64,000 nt of DNA from Octopus sinensis. Lineage: Eukaryota. This document shows, piece by piece, positions 12,500 through 26,660 of the stretch. Both the position numbers and the translations under genes were made by a program. Position 1 is the first letter of the stretch; each line of letters begins with the position of its first letter. The stretch is from assembly GCF_006345805.1 (NCBI RefSeq), contig NC_043011.1, positions 11,222,001 through 11,286,000 of the forward strand. The letters run 5' to 3'. The notes beneath the pieces were generated by a model. That model did not search any database and was not told the origin of the DNA. It saw only the letters and a program-made list of their open reading frames with translations.

Positions 12500-14102
12500 C
12501 CCTTTCGTTACTATATTTCTGACCAAAATACACCCCTTATGTGTTTCAATTAATTTCTAACGTAATCATAAATTTAGTCTGGTTTCATTAAACAACTATA
12601 ACTTTTTTATTTATCAATATATTAATCTGATTTTTGGAAGATAATTTAATGAAATATTCTCAACCAATTCTATACGTAATGGGGTGGTGGTGGGGGACAT
12701 TTTTTGGGTAAGCAGGGCACAAACTGTCTTTCTTAGGGGAGTGGTCAAAAGAATCAGTGATAAAGTAAATAAATGAATAAATAGAATAATTGAATAGAGT
12801 TTTAGGTAAATTAGAAGACTATCGCTTTTAGTCAGTTTGTTGTTGTTGTTATTAAGTGGAGGGAAGAAGTAGATATGTATACATAAAAGAACATATAAAT
12901 AAATATACATACAAACCCAGATACATACACATGCGAATATCCATACACATACATATACATATGCCCATGTATATACATACAGAAACAGTTTTTAAATTTT
13001 CACTCCATTCAGGTGCCAATTCGTTTTCTTTATCGCTGTTGGAGCTCTCGAATTCACTGTTTTCACTTTCAGAAAATGAAACATCAGATTCATTATCAAA
13101 TACCATGTGCTTTTTTTTTTCAGTCATAGAGTTAGATTTATGAAGGTCTTCAGTAGAAAATCCTTCGAATTCTGACTCGCTGCTTGATATAATGAAATTC
13201 GTATCCATTTTTTGTCAGAATTTTTGTCACAAAGTGACTTTAATTGCAGGTAGATACAGGTAAATTCAACAAAATATAAAATTATTAAAATTTTGTTCAA
13301 ACATTGCTATAGAAAATGGGTTATTAGCTATACAACAAAATTGGGTATACAACAAAATTTTACGATAGAATTTGTTATTCTGGGTAACTTTCTGATACCC
13401 ATAATAATATTCACGGCAAAATAGTCTTCACAAACTATCGTTTCTTTCGCTTTGTTTAAGTTTAGCGTAGCGGTTCGTTTCCGCCGTAATGATTTCAAAT
13501 AGGCTCATTCGAAAAAGTAAAAAGAAATAGTCTAAGGCTTTACTCTTCTGGGAAAGTCTGTGGCTTGGTCCAGTTTCTTCAGAAAAATCACCAAAAGAAA
13601 CAGTTTTTAAATTTTCACTCCATTCAGGTGCCAATTCGTTTTCTTTATCGCTGTTGGAGCTCTCGAATTCACTGTTTTCGCTTTCGGAAAATGAAACATC
13701 AGATTCATTATCAAATACCATGTGCTTTTTTTTTTCAGTCATAGAGTTAGATTTATGAAGGTCTTCAGTAGAAAATCCTTCGAATTCTGACTCGCTGCTT
13801 GATATAATGAAATTCGTATCCATTTTTTGTCAGAATTACAAATTTTGAAAACACAAGAGGAACAAATTTCGGAAAAAAATCTCTCAAAATTCAGGGAATT
13901 AAAATTACACTTCGATTATTGTACAAAACTGTAGTTGAACTGTTTACGAAGTATAATACGTGTTTTCACGAATGTAGTAAAGAGATTTGCTCTGATATTC
14001 TCATTTAAATATGAATACGTAAATTCGGGCGGCTTTGGGCGGTTTGGTCACATTAACCAAAATTTTTTTCGGACGGCTTTGGGCGGTTTGGTAACGAAAG
14101 GG
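12500..14102 (-). mobile_element. Internally deleted piggyBac element
   Basis: TIR CCCTTTCGTTAC...GTAACGAAAGGG, TTAA on both sides, empty TTAA at 49835-49838; acidic N-terminus plus YFFLLF...ITAETNRYA transposase motif (13428-13823). Confidence 0.9.
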
Positions 14103-14221
14103 TTAATGGGTATTAGACTCTATTTGGATGTTTATTAAATAAATATATTAATTAATAATTGGATTTAATGTATATAGTTTAAAGTGTTGTATTTAGTTTT
14201 CATTTAATGTATATTTTGTAT

Positions 14222-14260
<39 letters not shown>

Positions 14261-14274
14261 TTTATAGAAGAAGG

Positions 14275-14325
14275 AGCTTCTACAGGACTAGAACTGTTTC
14301 ATTCAAATGAAATCATCAGGAAGCT
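14275..14325 (-). ncRNA. Type I hammerhead ribozyme motif, family H1
   Basis: AGCTTC-CTGATGA-T TTC ATTT GAA T-GAAA-CAG TTCTAGTC CTG-TA-GAAGCT; three helices, GUA triplet, U.U at 10.1/11.1. Confidence 0.75.
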
Positions 14326-14714
14326 TGCTGTCAAAATAAGATCTGGCATTTATACATTTAGGCAGATGTAATGGGGTGGTGGTGGGGGACATTTTTTGGG
14401 TAAGCAGGGCACAAACTGTCTTTCTTAGGGGAGTGGTCAAAAGAATCAGTGATAAAGTAAATAAATAAATGAATAAATAGAATAATTGAATAGAGTTTTA
14501 GGTAAATTAGAAGACTATCGCTTTTAGTCAGTTTGTTGTTGTTGTTATTAAGTGGAGGGAAGAAGTAGATTATGTATACATAAAAGAACATATAAAATAA
14601 ATATACATACAAACCCAGATACATACACATGCGAATATCCATACACATACATATACATATGCCCATGTATATACATACAGACACACACATACATACATAT
14701 AAATACACTAGCAC

Positions 14715-14763
<49 letters not shown>

Positions 14764-14979
14764 CACATACACACACATACATATATATGCATATATATAC
14801 ATACACATATATATATATACAAATACACATACACATACATGCAAACACACAAACACACGCACACCTATATCTACACATATATAAATATACACACCCATAC
14901 ACACACACACACACATATATATATATTTTTCTTCTCTCCTCATCTTCCTCCCTTATTTTATTTTTATTTTCCCTTGACC

Positions 14980-15130
14980 GTCTTCCAGATCATAAAAGGT
15001 ATAATATATGACCTACCTACCCACCGACACACATTTAGTGGCGCTAGAGTAGACAAACGCCAAAAGTTCCTATAATTCCCCAGGGTTCCAGCAGGCCTAA
15101 TGGAATCCATCTACCGCTCCCTTCTCCCTT
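14980..15130 (+). mobile_element. Decayed Penelope endonuclease C-terminus
   Basis: DKRQKFL..GSSRPNGI resembles the PLE terminal LG.L.PNGIN motif; inverted copy at about 29790-29945. Confidence 0.45.
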
Positions 15131-15275
15131 CCTTTCTATCTCTTTACCCACGGATACAAATGCAAACACTCACACACACTCACACGCACACTCATACACA
15201 TACACAAACACACATGTTCTCTCACTCATTACCTCCTCATCCACTTATACATATGTATATATCTCTCTCTACTTG

Positions 15276-15321
<46 letters not shown>

Positions 15322-15783
15322 CACATACATATACACACACAAGTACTCATATGCATACATACATAAATGTACCCACTTTCACATAAACGTATACATAACT
15401 ATGTACACACAAACACACATATATAAACGTACTTCAGTACACATAAACACACATAAATATCTGCCCGCATATATAAACGCATATGCTCATATAAAAACAT
15501 ATGTGCATATAAACATACATACGCATATATACGCATCCATATGCTTATAAATACATATATGCACACATGCATGCATACATGTGCACATAAATGCATACAT
15601 GCATATACATACCTACACACATACACATACATATATACACATACAAAAATCTACAAGTCCTATATATATATATATGTATATATATACATATACATATACG
15701 TATATACCTGCACACACATACACATATATACTTACACCCATACACCAATATATACATATCTACATACACATACATATACATAT

Positions 15784-15840
<57 letters not shown>

Positions 15841-15971
15841 AGCACATACACATACGCATATCTATACACATACACACACACACACATATATATATACATA
15901 TATAAATATATAAAAAAGTCTACAAGTCCATACATGTACACACATACATATACATACACATACATATATAC

Positions 15972-16017
<46 letters not shown>

Positions 16018-16266
16018 TATACACATATATACACATACAAAAATCTACAAGTCCATATATATATATATACATATACATACACACATATATACACACAAAT
16101 ACACATATGCATACATAAATATATACATATACATGCATACACACACACACATATATATATTATATATATACATATTTAAAAAAGTCTACAAGTCCATACA
16201 TATACGCACATACATATACATACACACATATATACACATATATATATATACCTATATATATATATG

Positions 16267-16590
16267 TTATATTTCGGAATGGTCATATTGCCAGTTTAGC
16301 CAATAAAAACACACGCACTATATATTTGGTGTTATTTTGCTTCAGTGATACTTATTTTTTACATTAATCTTAATCTTATTTCGGCCAAAGTTCTTTCGTC
16401 ACACTCCTGTGACCGCATCAGTGGTCCTTTGTTTTTTTCTCACTTATTTGTGTCTCTCCTTACTAACCGTCAGCCATTTTGTATTTCTATTGCATGTCTT
16501 CATTTGCGCATGCTTATATCTCTATGTGCATCTATGTTTATTTAGTGTGTGGCTAAACTGGCAATATGACCATTCCGAAATATAACAATA
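16267..16590. mobile_element. Short element with ~35-bp terminal inverted repeats in (TA)n; second copy 17946-18270
   Basis: TTATATTTCGGAATGGTCATATTGCCAGTTTAGCCA ... TGGCTAAACTGGCAATATGACCATTCCGAAATATAA. Confidence 0.7.
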
Positions 16591-16675
16591 TCTGTTTCAA
16601 CACACGACTTCACATAAAAAATGTTGCACAACAAATATATATATATATATCTATATATATTTATTATATAGAAGG

Positions 16676-16726
16676 AGCTTCTACAGGACTAGAACTGTTT
16701 CATTCAAGAGAAATCTTCAGGAAGCT
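16676..16726 (-). ncRNA. Hammerhead motif H1 (variant CTGAAGA, loop II TCTT)
   Basis: Differs from 14275 only at N7 and loop II; all helices kept. Confidence 0.75.
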
Positions 16727-17656
16727 AGTTAACAAGAATTGTATTGGCATTTATACATTTAGGCAGGTGGGGGACTTTTTTGGGGGTAGGCATAGCACAA
16801 AATATCATACTTGGGGGAGTGGTCAAGGAGTCAGTGTTAAATTAGATGGAAGAATAAATAAAAAAAAAAAAAAATAAAAAATAAAAAAAAAAAATAAAAT
16901 AAAAAAACCTATATATAAAGAAAAAAAACCCTATATATAAAAAAAGGGGGGATAGAGTTTTAGGTAAATAAGGAGATTCTCACTCATACCTATGCACACA
17001 TGTATACATACATACACACACAAGTACTCATATGCATACATACATAAATGTACCACTTTCACATAAACGTATACATAACTATGTACACACAAACACACAT
17101 ATATAAACGTACTTCAGTACACATAAACACACATAAATATCTGCCCGCATATATAAACGCATATGCTCATATAAAAACATATGTGCATATAAACATACAT
17201 ACGCATATATACGCATCCATATGCTTATAAATACATATATGCACACATGCATGCATACATGTGCACATAAATGCATACATGCATATACATACCTACACAC
17301 ATACACATACATATATACACATACAAAAATCTACAAGTCCATATATATATATATATGTATATATATACATATACATATACGTATATACCTGCACACACAT
17401 ACACATATATACTTACACCCATACACCAATATATACATATCTACATACACATACATATACATATATATATGTATATATATATATATATATAATATATATA
17501 TATATAATATATATATATATATAAGCACATACACATACGCATATCTATACACATACACACACACACACATATATATATACATATATAAATATATAAAAAA
17601 GTCTACAAGTCCATACATGTACACACATACATATACATACACATACATATATACCC

Positions 17657-17708
<52 letters not shown>

Positions 17709-18356
17709 CTTACACCCATACACAAGTATACAAGCATATATACATATATATATACACAAATACACATATATACACACAAATACACATATGCATACATAAA
17801 TATATACATATACATGCATACACACACACACATATATATATATATACATATTTAAAAAAGTCTACAAGTCCATACATATACGCACATACATATACATACA
17901 CACATATATACACATATATATATATACCTATATATATATATATTGTTATATTTCGGAATGGTCATATTGCCAGTTTAGCCAATAAAAACACACGCACTAT
18001 ATATTTGGTGTTATTTTGCTTCAGTGATACTTATTTTTTACATTAATCTTAATCTTATTTCGGCCAAAGTTCTTTCGTCACACTCCTGTGACCGCATCAG
18101 TGGTCCTTTGTTTTTTTCTCACTTATTTGTGTCTCTCCTTACTAACCGTCAGCCATTTTGTATTTCTATTGCATGTCTTCATTTGCGCATGCTTATATCT
18201 CTATGTGCATCTATGTTTATTTAGTGTGTGGCTAAACTGGCAATATGACCATTCCGAAATATAACAATATCTGTTTCAACACACGACTTCACATAAAAAA
18301 TGTTGCACAACAAATATATATATATATATATCTATATATATTTATTATATAGAAGG

Positions 18357-18407
18357 AGCTTCTACAGGACTAGAACTGTTTCATTCAAGAGAAATCTTCA
18401 GGAAGCT
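18357..18407 (-). ncRNA. Hammerhead motif H1
   Basis: Identical to 16676-16726. Confidence 0.75.
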
Positions 18408-18787
18408 AGTTAACAAGAATTGTATTGGCATTTATACATTTAGGCAGGTGGGGGACTTTTTTGGGGGTAGGCATAGCACAAAATATCATACTTGGGGGAG
18501 TGGTCAAGGAGTCAGTGTTAAATTAGATGGAAGAATAAATAAAAAAAAAAAAAAATAAAAAATAAAAAAAAAAAAATAAAATAAAAAAACCTATATATAA
18601 AGAAAAAAAAACCCTATATATAAAAAAAGGGGGGATAGAGTTTTAGGTAAATAAGGAGATTCTCACTCATACCTATGCACACATGTATACATACATACAC
18701 ACACATGCAAACATATATACACATACATACACACATACATACACACACATATATATACATATATATACACTTACACATACACATGCT

Positions 18788-18826
<39 letters not shown>

Positions 18827-18852
18827 CATACATACATACACACACATGTATG

Positions 18853-18891
<39 letters not shown>

Positions 18892-19301
18892 AGCATGTGT
18901 ATGTGTAAGTGTATATATATGTATATATATGTGTGTGTATGTATGTGTGTATGTATGTGTATATATGTTTGCATGTGTGTGTATGTATGTATACATGTGT
19001 GCATAGGTATAAGTGAGAATCTCCTTATTTACCTAAAACTCTATCCCCCCTTTTTTTATATATAGGTTTTTTTTTGTTTTTTTTTTATATATAGGTTTTT
19101 TATTTTATTTTTTTATTTATTTTTTTTTAATTTTTTTATTTTTTTATTTTTTTATTTATTCTTCTATCTAATTTAACACTGACTCCTTGACCACTCCCCC
19201 AAGTATGATATTTTGTGCTATGCCTACCCCCAAAAAAGTCCCCCACCAACACCCCGTTAAACCTGCCTAAATGTATAAATGCCAATACAATCTTGTTAAC
19301 T

Positions 19302-19352
19302 AGCTTCCTGAAGATTTCTCTTGAATGAAACAGTTCTAGTCCTGTAGAAGCT
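19302..19352 (+). ncRNA. Hammerhead motif H1 (sense to the TTK pre-mRNA)
   Basis: AGCTTCCTGAAGATTTCTCTTGAATGAAACAGTTCTAGTCCTGTAGAAGCT. Confidence 0.75.
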
Positions 19353-19459
19353 CCTTCTATATAATAAATTAATTTTACTCTGCTATGTATTGAGTACCTT
19401 ATTACTGTGGTTAACCCCGAATCAACCCGGGACCTACATATATCTATATATATATATAT

Positions 19460-20613
19460 TGTTGTGGTTCGGCCGGCACAGTATTTCTGACCTACTTTGT
19501 TGAGAGGTGAGACGGAAGGTCTGGAATAAAAAGCTACAGCCCTTTGTTTACTGGAAGAGTATGGCTTTTGGAGGGACCTTTGGCCTTGTGCCGGTCGATT
19601 AGGGGTCAGAGAGATGTGAGGGCCGAGGAAGATAGAGTAAGGAAGAATCCAGTGACAGTGAAGAAGAGGAAGAAGAAAGTAGTGAGAAAGACAGAGTAAG
19701 GGATCTGAGAGCTGTCATGAGAGAATGACAGTGACAGCGTCGATATAGATAGGCAGATAGGGCTGAGAGCAGATAGAGAGGATATTAGTGTGCAGAGACA
19801 GATTGAGGGTAGTGATAGAGGACAGTCGGTATTCGGTCGTCAAAGCGAGCAGTCGGTTTTTGGGAGTCGAGGCGAGCGGTTGGAATTTAAGCAGTCGGCG
19901 GTCTTGGAGTATTGGGACAGAGAGAGATATATACAGAGGAATAGGCGGCGGTGGAGATGGGGTACAATATGAGGCGTTGGCTAATGTAAGGTACGTGAAT
20001 TGTGCATTGATATGTGAAGAAAAAGAAGGACAAGGAATCGAAATGAACAGTGAAAAGAAATGAGACAGTAAAAAGGAATTTAAAGAACAATGTGAATTGT
20101 GTAAGGACATTGTGTACAGTGTTGTGATTTGAACATTGTATAATGAACAATGAACTGTTAGGCCTGTAATGTCCTTTGAACTGTATATGACTTGTTGATG
20201 TGTTTTGAAATAGAACTGTGTCTTCGGATGTGTACCTTTGAAATGCTGATGTATTGACCTTGATGTGTTGTTACCGGACGGTTATATTGTTACTTGCATG
20301 TTTAAATGCTTTGATCTGTGGTATACCTGTATGATGTATTGAGTTGTCACGTGCATGTCTCTTTTAAATGTATCTGAAATGTATTTGATGTTGTAACAAT
20401 TGATTGTCATAAACTAGTGTTAAATGTAAGCCAGTTGTGCCTTGCCTCTTTGTGTCTCTCTCGGTTGCCTCTGTATCTCCTCTGTGCTGCTGTTGTGTTG
20501 TTGTATCTCTCTCTCCTCTCCAAGTTTCCGTAGCGAAAATATTCGCTGCATCGAACGGGCCTTGTGTGAGGGATTCCGTAACAGTTCGAATCGGAGGTCC
20601 CCACCTCGTAACA
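19460..20613 (-). mobile_element. Probable solo LTR (Gypsy-like ends)
   Basis: TGTTACG...ACAACA on - strand, ATAT on both sides, 1154 bp, non-coding. Confidence 0.55.
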
Positions 20614-20972
20614 ATATATATACACATACATACACCCATACACAAGTATACAAGCATATATACATATACATATACATATATATATATATACACACAAATA
20701 CACATACATACATATACACAAATACACATACGCATACATAAATATACATATGTATATACACATGCATACACATACACACACATCTATATATACATAAATA
20801 CATACAAGCATATATACATATACATATACACATATACATACACGCATACGCAAATAATAAATATATATACATGCAAATACCTATACTTACACATACACAT
20901 ACGCGTACATATACATATACATATATATATATATATATAATATATACATACATACATACACACACATGTATG

Positions 20973-21011
<39 letters not shown>

Positions 21012-21424
21012 AGCATGTGTATGTGTAAGTGTATATATATGTATATATATGTGTGTGTATGTATGTGTGTATGTATGTGTATATATGTTTGCATGTGTGT
21101 GTATGTATGTATACATGTGTGCATAGGTATAAGTGAGAATCTCCTTATTTACCTAAAACTCTATCCCCCCTTTTTTTATATATAGGTTTTTTTTTGTTTT
21201 TTTTTTATATATAGGTTTTTTTTTTTATTTTTTTTTATTTATTTTTTTTTAATTTTTTTATTTTTTTATTTTTTTATTTATTCTTCTATCTAATTTAACA
21301 CTGACTCCTTGACCACTCCCCCAAGTATGATATTTTGTGCTATGCCTACCCCCAAAAAAGTCCCCCACCAACACCCCGTTAAACCTGCCTAAATGTATAA
21401 ATGCCAATACAATTCTTGTTAACT

Positions 21425-21475
21425 AGCTTCCTGAAGATTTCTCTTGAATGAAACAGTTCTAGTCCTGTAGAAGCT
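21425..21475 (+). ncRNA. Hammerhead motif H1
   Basis: Identical to 19302-19352. Confidence 0.75.
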
Positions 21476-21585
21476 CCTTCTATATAATAAATTAATTTTA
21501 CTCTGCTATGTATTGAGTACCTTATTTACTGTGGTTAACCCCGAATCAACCCGGGACCTACATATATCTATATATATATATATAT

Positions 21586-22742
21586 TGTTGTGGTTCGGCC
21601 GGCACAGTATTTCTTGACCTACTTTGTTGAGAGGTGAGACGGAAGGTCTGGAATAAAAAGCTACAGCCCTTTGTTTACTGGAAGAGTAATGGCTTTTGGA
21701 GGGACCTTTGGCCTTGTGCCGGTCGATTAGGGGTCAGAGAGATGTGAGGGCCGAGGAAGATAGAGTAAGGAAGAATCCAGTGACAGTGAAGAAGAGGAAG
21801 AAGAAAGTAGTGAGAAAGACAGAGTAAGGGATCTGAGAGCTGTCATGAGAGAATGACAGTGACAGCGTCGATATAGATAGGCAGATAGGGCTGAGAGCAG
21901 ATAGAGAGGATATTAGTGTGCAGAGACAGATTGAGGGTAGTGATAGAGGACAGTCGGTATTCGGTCGTCAAAGCGAGCAGTCGGTTTTTGGGAGTCGAGG
22001 CGAGCGGTTGGAATTTAAGCAGTCGGCGGTCTTGGAGTATTGGGACAGAGAGAGATATATACAGAGGAATAGGCGGCGGTGGAGATGGGGTACAATATGA
22101 GGCGTTGGCTAATGTAAGGTACGTGAATTGTGCATTGATATGTGAAGAAAAAGAAGGACAAGGAATCGAAATGAACAGTGAAAAGAAATGAGACAGTAAA
22201 AAGGAATTTAAAGAACAATGTGAATTGTGTAAGGACATTGTGTACAGTGTTGTGATTTGAACATTGTATAATGAACAATGAACTGTTAGGCCTGTAATGT
22301 CCTTTGAACTGTATATGACTTGTTGATGTGTTTTGAAATAGAACTGTGTCTTCGGATGTGTACCTTTGAAATGCTGATGTATTGACCTTGATGTGTTGTT
22401 ACCGGACGGTTATATTGTTACTTGCATGTTTAAATGCTTTGATCTGTGGTATACCTGTATGATGTATTGAGTTGTCACGTGCATGTCCTCTTTTAAATGT
22501 ATCTGAAATGTATTTGATGTTGTAACAATTGATTGTCATAAACTAGTGTTAAATGTAAGCCAGTTGTGCCTTGCCTCTTTGTGTCTCTCTCGGTTGCCTC
22601 TGTATCTCCTCTGTGCTGCTGTTGTGTTGTTGTATCTCTCTCTCCTCTCCAAGTTTCCGTAGCGAAAATATTCGCTGCATCGAACGGGCCTTGTGTGAGG
22701 GATTCCGTAACAGTTCGAATCGGAGGTCCCCACCTCGTAACA
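21586..22742 (-). mobile_element. Second copy of the solo LTR, part of a ~2.12 kb tandem duplication
   Basis: Near-identical to 19460-20613, including both flanks. Confidence 0.55.
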
Positions 22743-22782
22743 ATATATATACACATACATACACCCATACACAAGTATACAA

Positions 22783-22823
<41 letters not shown>

Positions 22824-23041
22824 AATACACATACATACATATACACAAATACACATACGCATACATAAATATACATATGTATATACACATGCATACACAT
22901 ACACACACATCTATATATACATAAATACATACAAGCATATATACATATACATATACACATATACATACACGCATACGCAAATAATAAATATATATACATG
23001 CAAATACCTATACTTACACATACACATACGCGTACATATAC

Positions 23042-23073
<32 letters not shown>

Positions 23074-23440
23074 ATAAAAACACACATGCGTACATATACA
23101 CCTATACATACATACATATACACACATAGATACATGCTCATAAGCACATACATATATATATATATATATCCATATTCCTATTCATATTCGTATCCATACC
23201 CGTATTCATATCCATATATATATAAAAATATATACATATATAAATATACATACATATATACATACATATATTCATATTTACATTCATACACATATATATA
23301 TGTACATATACACATACATAAACATATACACATGCATATACCTACACATAAATATATATTCGTGTACACACACATACATTAATACATACACACACATATA
23401 TACACACATATGCACATATACACACATACATATACACACA

Positions 23441-23825
23441 TCATCATCGTTTAGCGTCCGTTTTCCATGCTAGCATGGGTTGGACGGTTCTACTGGGGTC
23501 TGGGAAGCCAGAAGGCTTCATCAGGCCCAGTCAAATCTGGCAGTGTTTCTACGGCTGGATGCCCTTCCTAACGCCAACCACTCCGAGAGTGTAGTGGGTG
23601 CTTTTTACGTGCCACCCGCACAGGTGCCAGACAGAGCTGGCAAACGGCCACGAACGGATGGTGCTTTTTATGTGCCACCGGCACGGGGGCCAGGCGAGGC
23701 TGGCAATGGACACGAAACGGGGCGGTGCTGGCAACGGTTGCGAAACGGAAGGTTCTCTTACATGCCACCGGCACTGGTAACACATCTGCAATTTCCATTG
23801 ATCGATTTCCATTGATCGATTCCGA
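23441..23825 (-). mobile_element. RTE 3'UTR-derived repeat
   Basis: Near-identical to the reverse complement of 60090-60479; absent from the mirror arm at about 26990. Confidence 0.8.
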
Positions 23826-24059
23826 TACATACACATACATACATATATATCTATATATACATACATATATACATACACATACACACACATATATATACAC
23901 ATACAAAAACATGTACACATATACTCATACACACGTATACACACCTTCACATACACATGTACATACACAGTTGCACACGCTCACATACAAATACATATAT
24001 GCACTCGTATACATATATGTGCACATATAAACATGCCCACATCCATATATATGTATATA

Positions 24060-25609
24060 GTCTTAGGAGAGAGGGTAATTGGGGGTGCTGAAGGAACGGT
24101 GGGGTGGGGGGTTTTTGTGGGTGGGGTGTCACAATCGGGTTGCCGAGTGGGTCTGTAGTTTTTGTAGTTTGCATAAATTTTGTGCATACAGTTTGGGGAG
24201 TGTTCCGAGATATTGTTCAGGAGAGGGCCTTTGGCGAACAAGATCTCTAGGCTCTCAGAAATGCAAAGGTCACAGCAGGTATGGCCTCCTGTGTAAGAAC
24301 GCGCCCTCTGTAGTAGTCTCCACTTGATCTTGAAGGGGATGGAGTTCCTTTTAAGGTGCCAGATATGGGCGGCGAGAGTAGTCTGGTTAGATTTGTCAGG
24401 TCGCCGGAACGAATGTGTGTGGGCGTACCAGCGAGTCTTAAAACTATTTGACGTCATTCCGATGTACGATTTTCTTTTATCATCGGGGCCTGATCGTACA
24501 TCGCATATGTAGACGAGATTCTTCTGTAGGCAGTTGTTGTTGAGGGGGCAAGTAGTCTTATCAGGGCAGTTGCAATTGCTGTCGGATGTTGGATGGGCTT
24601 CGGAAAAAGTAGATTTATTAAGTTTTTTTACGTTATTGTTGGCTAGGTTCCTGGCTAGATTGGGTGTGGTGGAGTAGGAGAGTCTAATGGTGTTCTTATT
24701 AAGGATTGTATAGTACTTATGTTGGGTGGGGAAGTGTTTTTGTAGGAGAGTGAAGAAAATTTTAGCTACAGGTGTTGAAACTTCACGGTTGAAGGGGGGG
24801 TGTACCAGCTAATGTGTCTTCCCCTATTTTTCCTGGGTTGGCGTCGGGCTATGCTAATGTAGGTGATCTTATCTTTAAAGCCACTGCGGGCCAGGGCCTC
24901 GTAATAGGGGGCTGCGGCATTAAAGATATCTTTGGTGGCAGAAAGGCTAGATATTCCAATGGAGACACTTTTCACTAGGTTGTCTAATATATTTTTGGGG
25001 TGGTTAGAATTAATGTCTATGTATCTGAGGGATTCATTTGGTTTATGGTACGGGTAATAAAGGGAGGTTTATAAATCGAGGGTAACGTCAAGGAAGTTAG
25101 CTTTGGTTAAGTCCAAATCTAAGGTAATCCTAAGGCCTAAGTTTTTAAAAAAAAGTGTAAAGGTTTTTCCGGAACCCATCCGTGGTCCTGGGGTTTATTT
25201 TGTAGAGGGCAAAAAGGCCATCATCGCGGTAGAGACCACCGGAGAGGCCTGTGAATAGGGTCTTCAGCCTATGGAGGAAGAAAAGGCTCACAAGGTCACT
25301 TATTTCAGCCGAGTCACTAGCATCCATGCTGATGTCGAAGGGGGTCACGGATTTTTTGTTGATCCAGTGGGATCTGTCATGGTAAAGAAAGGTCTTACGT
25401 GCATGGAGGATCACATCTTGCTCGGCTTCGGTGATGGTGGAGAACATCCTAGTGAAGTTAATCGTGTCAATCAGCAGGCTCTCCGATATGGAGGTGTAAT
25501 AATCCTCGATATCTAATTGTAGGAATCGGGTGTTGCTCTTGTCAGGTAAATCCTGGAACCAAGTTATTGCCTCGGAGGTCCTATTCCAGAGTGGAAGGGG
25601 TGAAGCTTT
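24060..25609 (-). mobile_element. Penelope-like element (RT plus GIY-YIG endonuclease), decayed, left arm
   Basis: RT LQLDIEDYY...GLYRDDGL; EN ..SNSFKTRWYAHTHSF...CCDLCISE. Confidence 0.85.
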
Positions 25610-26660
25610 GGTCCGACTGATTAACCCAACCAAGTCTGACATCGGATCTGTCAGCAAGAAGATCCTGGACAGGATTTTACCTAAAATAGGTGAAGCTTCA
25701 CCCCTTCCACTCTGGAATAGGACCTCCGAGGCAATAACTTGGTTCCGGGATTTACCTGACAAGAGCAACACCCGATTCCTACAATTAGATATCAAGGATT
25801 ATTACGCCACCATATCGGAGAGCCTGCTGATTGACGCGATTAACTTCGCTAGGATGTTCTCCACCATCACCGAAGCCGAGCAAAATGTGATCCTCCATGC
25901 ACGTCTCCATTAGAATATCTAGCCTTTCTGCCACCAAAGATATCTTTAATGCCGCAGCCCCCTATTACAACGAGGCCCTGGCCCGCAGTGGCTTTAAAGA
26001 TAAGATCACCTACATTAACATAGCCCCACGCCAACCCAGGAAAAATAGGCGAAGACACATTAGCTGGTACAACCCCCCTTCAACCGTGAAGTTTCAACAC
26101 CTGTAGCTAAAATTTTCTTCACTCTCCTACAAAAACACTTCCCCACCCAACATAAGTACTATACAATCCTTAATAAGAACACCATTAGACTCTCCTCCAC
26201 CACAACCAATCTAGCCAGGAACCTAGCCAACAATAACGTAAAAAAATTTAATAAATCTACTTTTTCCGAAGCCCATCCAACATCCGACAGCAATTGCAAC
26301 TGCCCTGATAAGACTACTTGCCCCCTCAACAACAACTGCCTACAGAAGGATCTCGTCTACATATGCGATGTACGATCAGGCCCCGATGATAAAAGAAAAT
26401 CGTACATTGGAATGATGTCAAATAGTTTTAAGACTCGCTGGTACGCCCACACACATTCGTTCCGGCGACCTGATAAATCTAACCAGAATACTCTCGCCGC
26501 CCATATCTGGCACCTTAAAAGGAACTCCATCCCCTTCAAGATCAAGTGGAGACTACTACAGAGGGCGCGTTCTTACACAGGAGGCCATACCTGCTGTGAC
26601 CTTTGCATTTCTGAGAGCCTAGAGATCTTGTTCGCCAAAGGCCCTCTCCTCAACAAGATC
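25610..26660 (+). mobile_element. Same Penelope-like element, right arm, internal deletion at about 25912
   Basis: Inverted copy of 24230-25609; VYICDVR...YIG GIY-YIG motif near 26355-26410. Confidence 0.85.

Noticed and set aside
19460-22742. Two LTRs as one non-autonomous LTR retroelement or plant-type retrozyme
   Set aside because: Both flanks are duplicated along with the LTR and there is no PBS/PPT, so it is a tandem duplication of a solo LTR.
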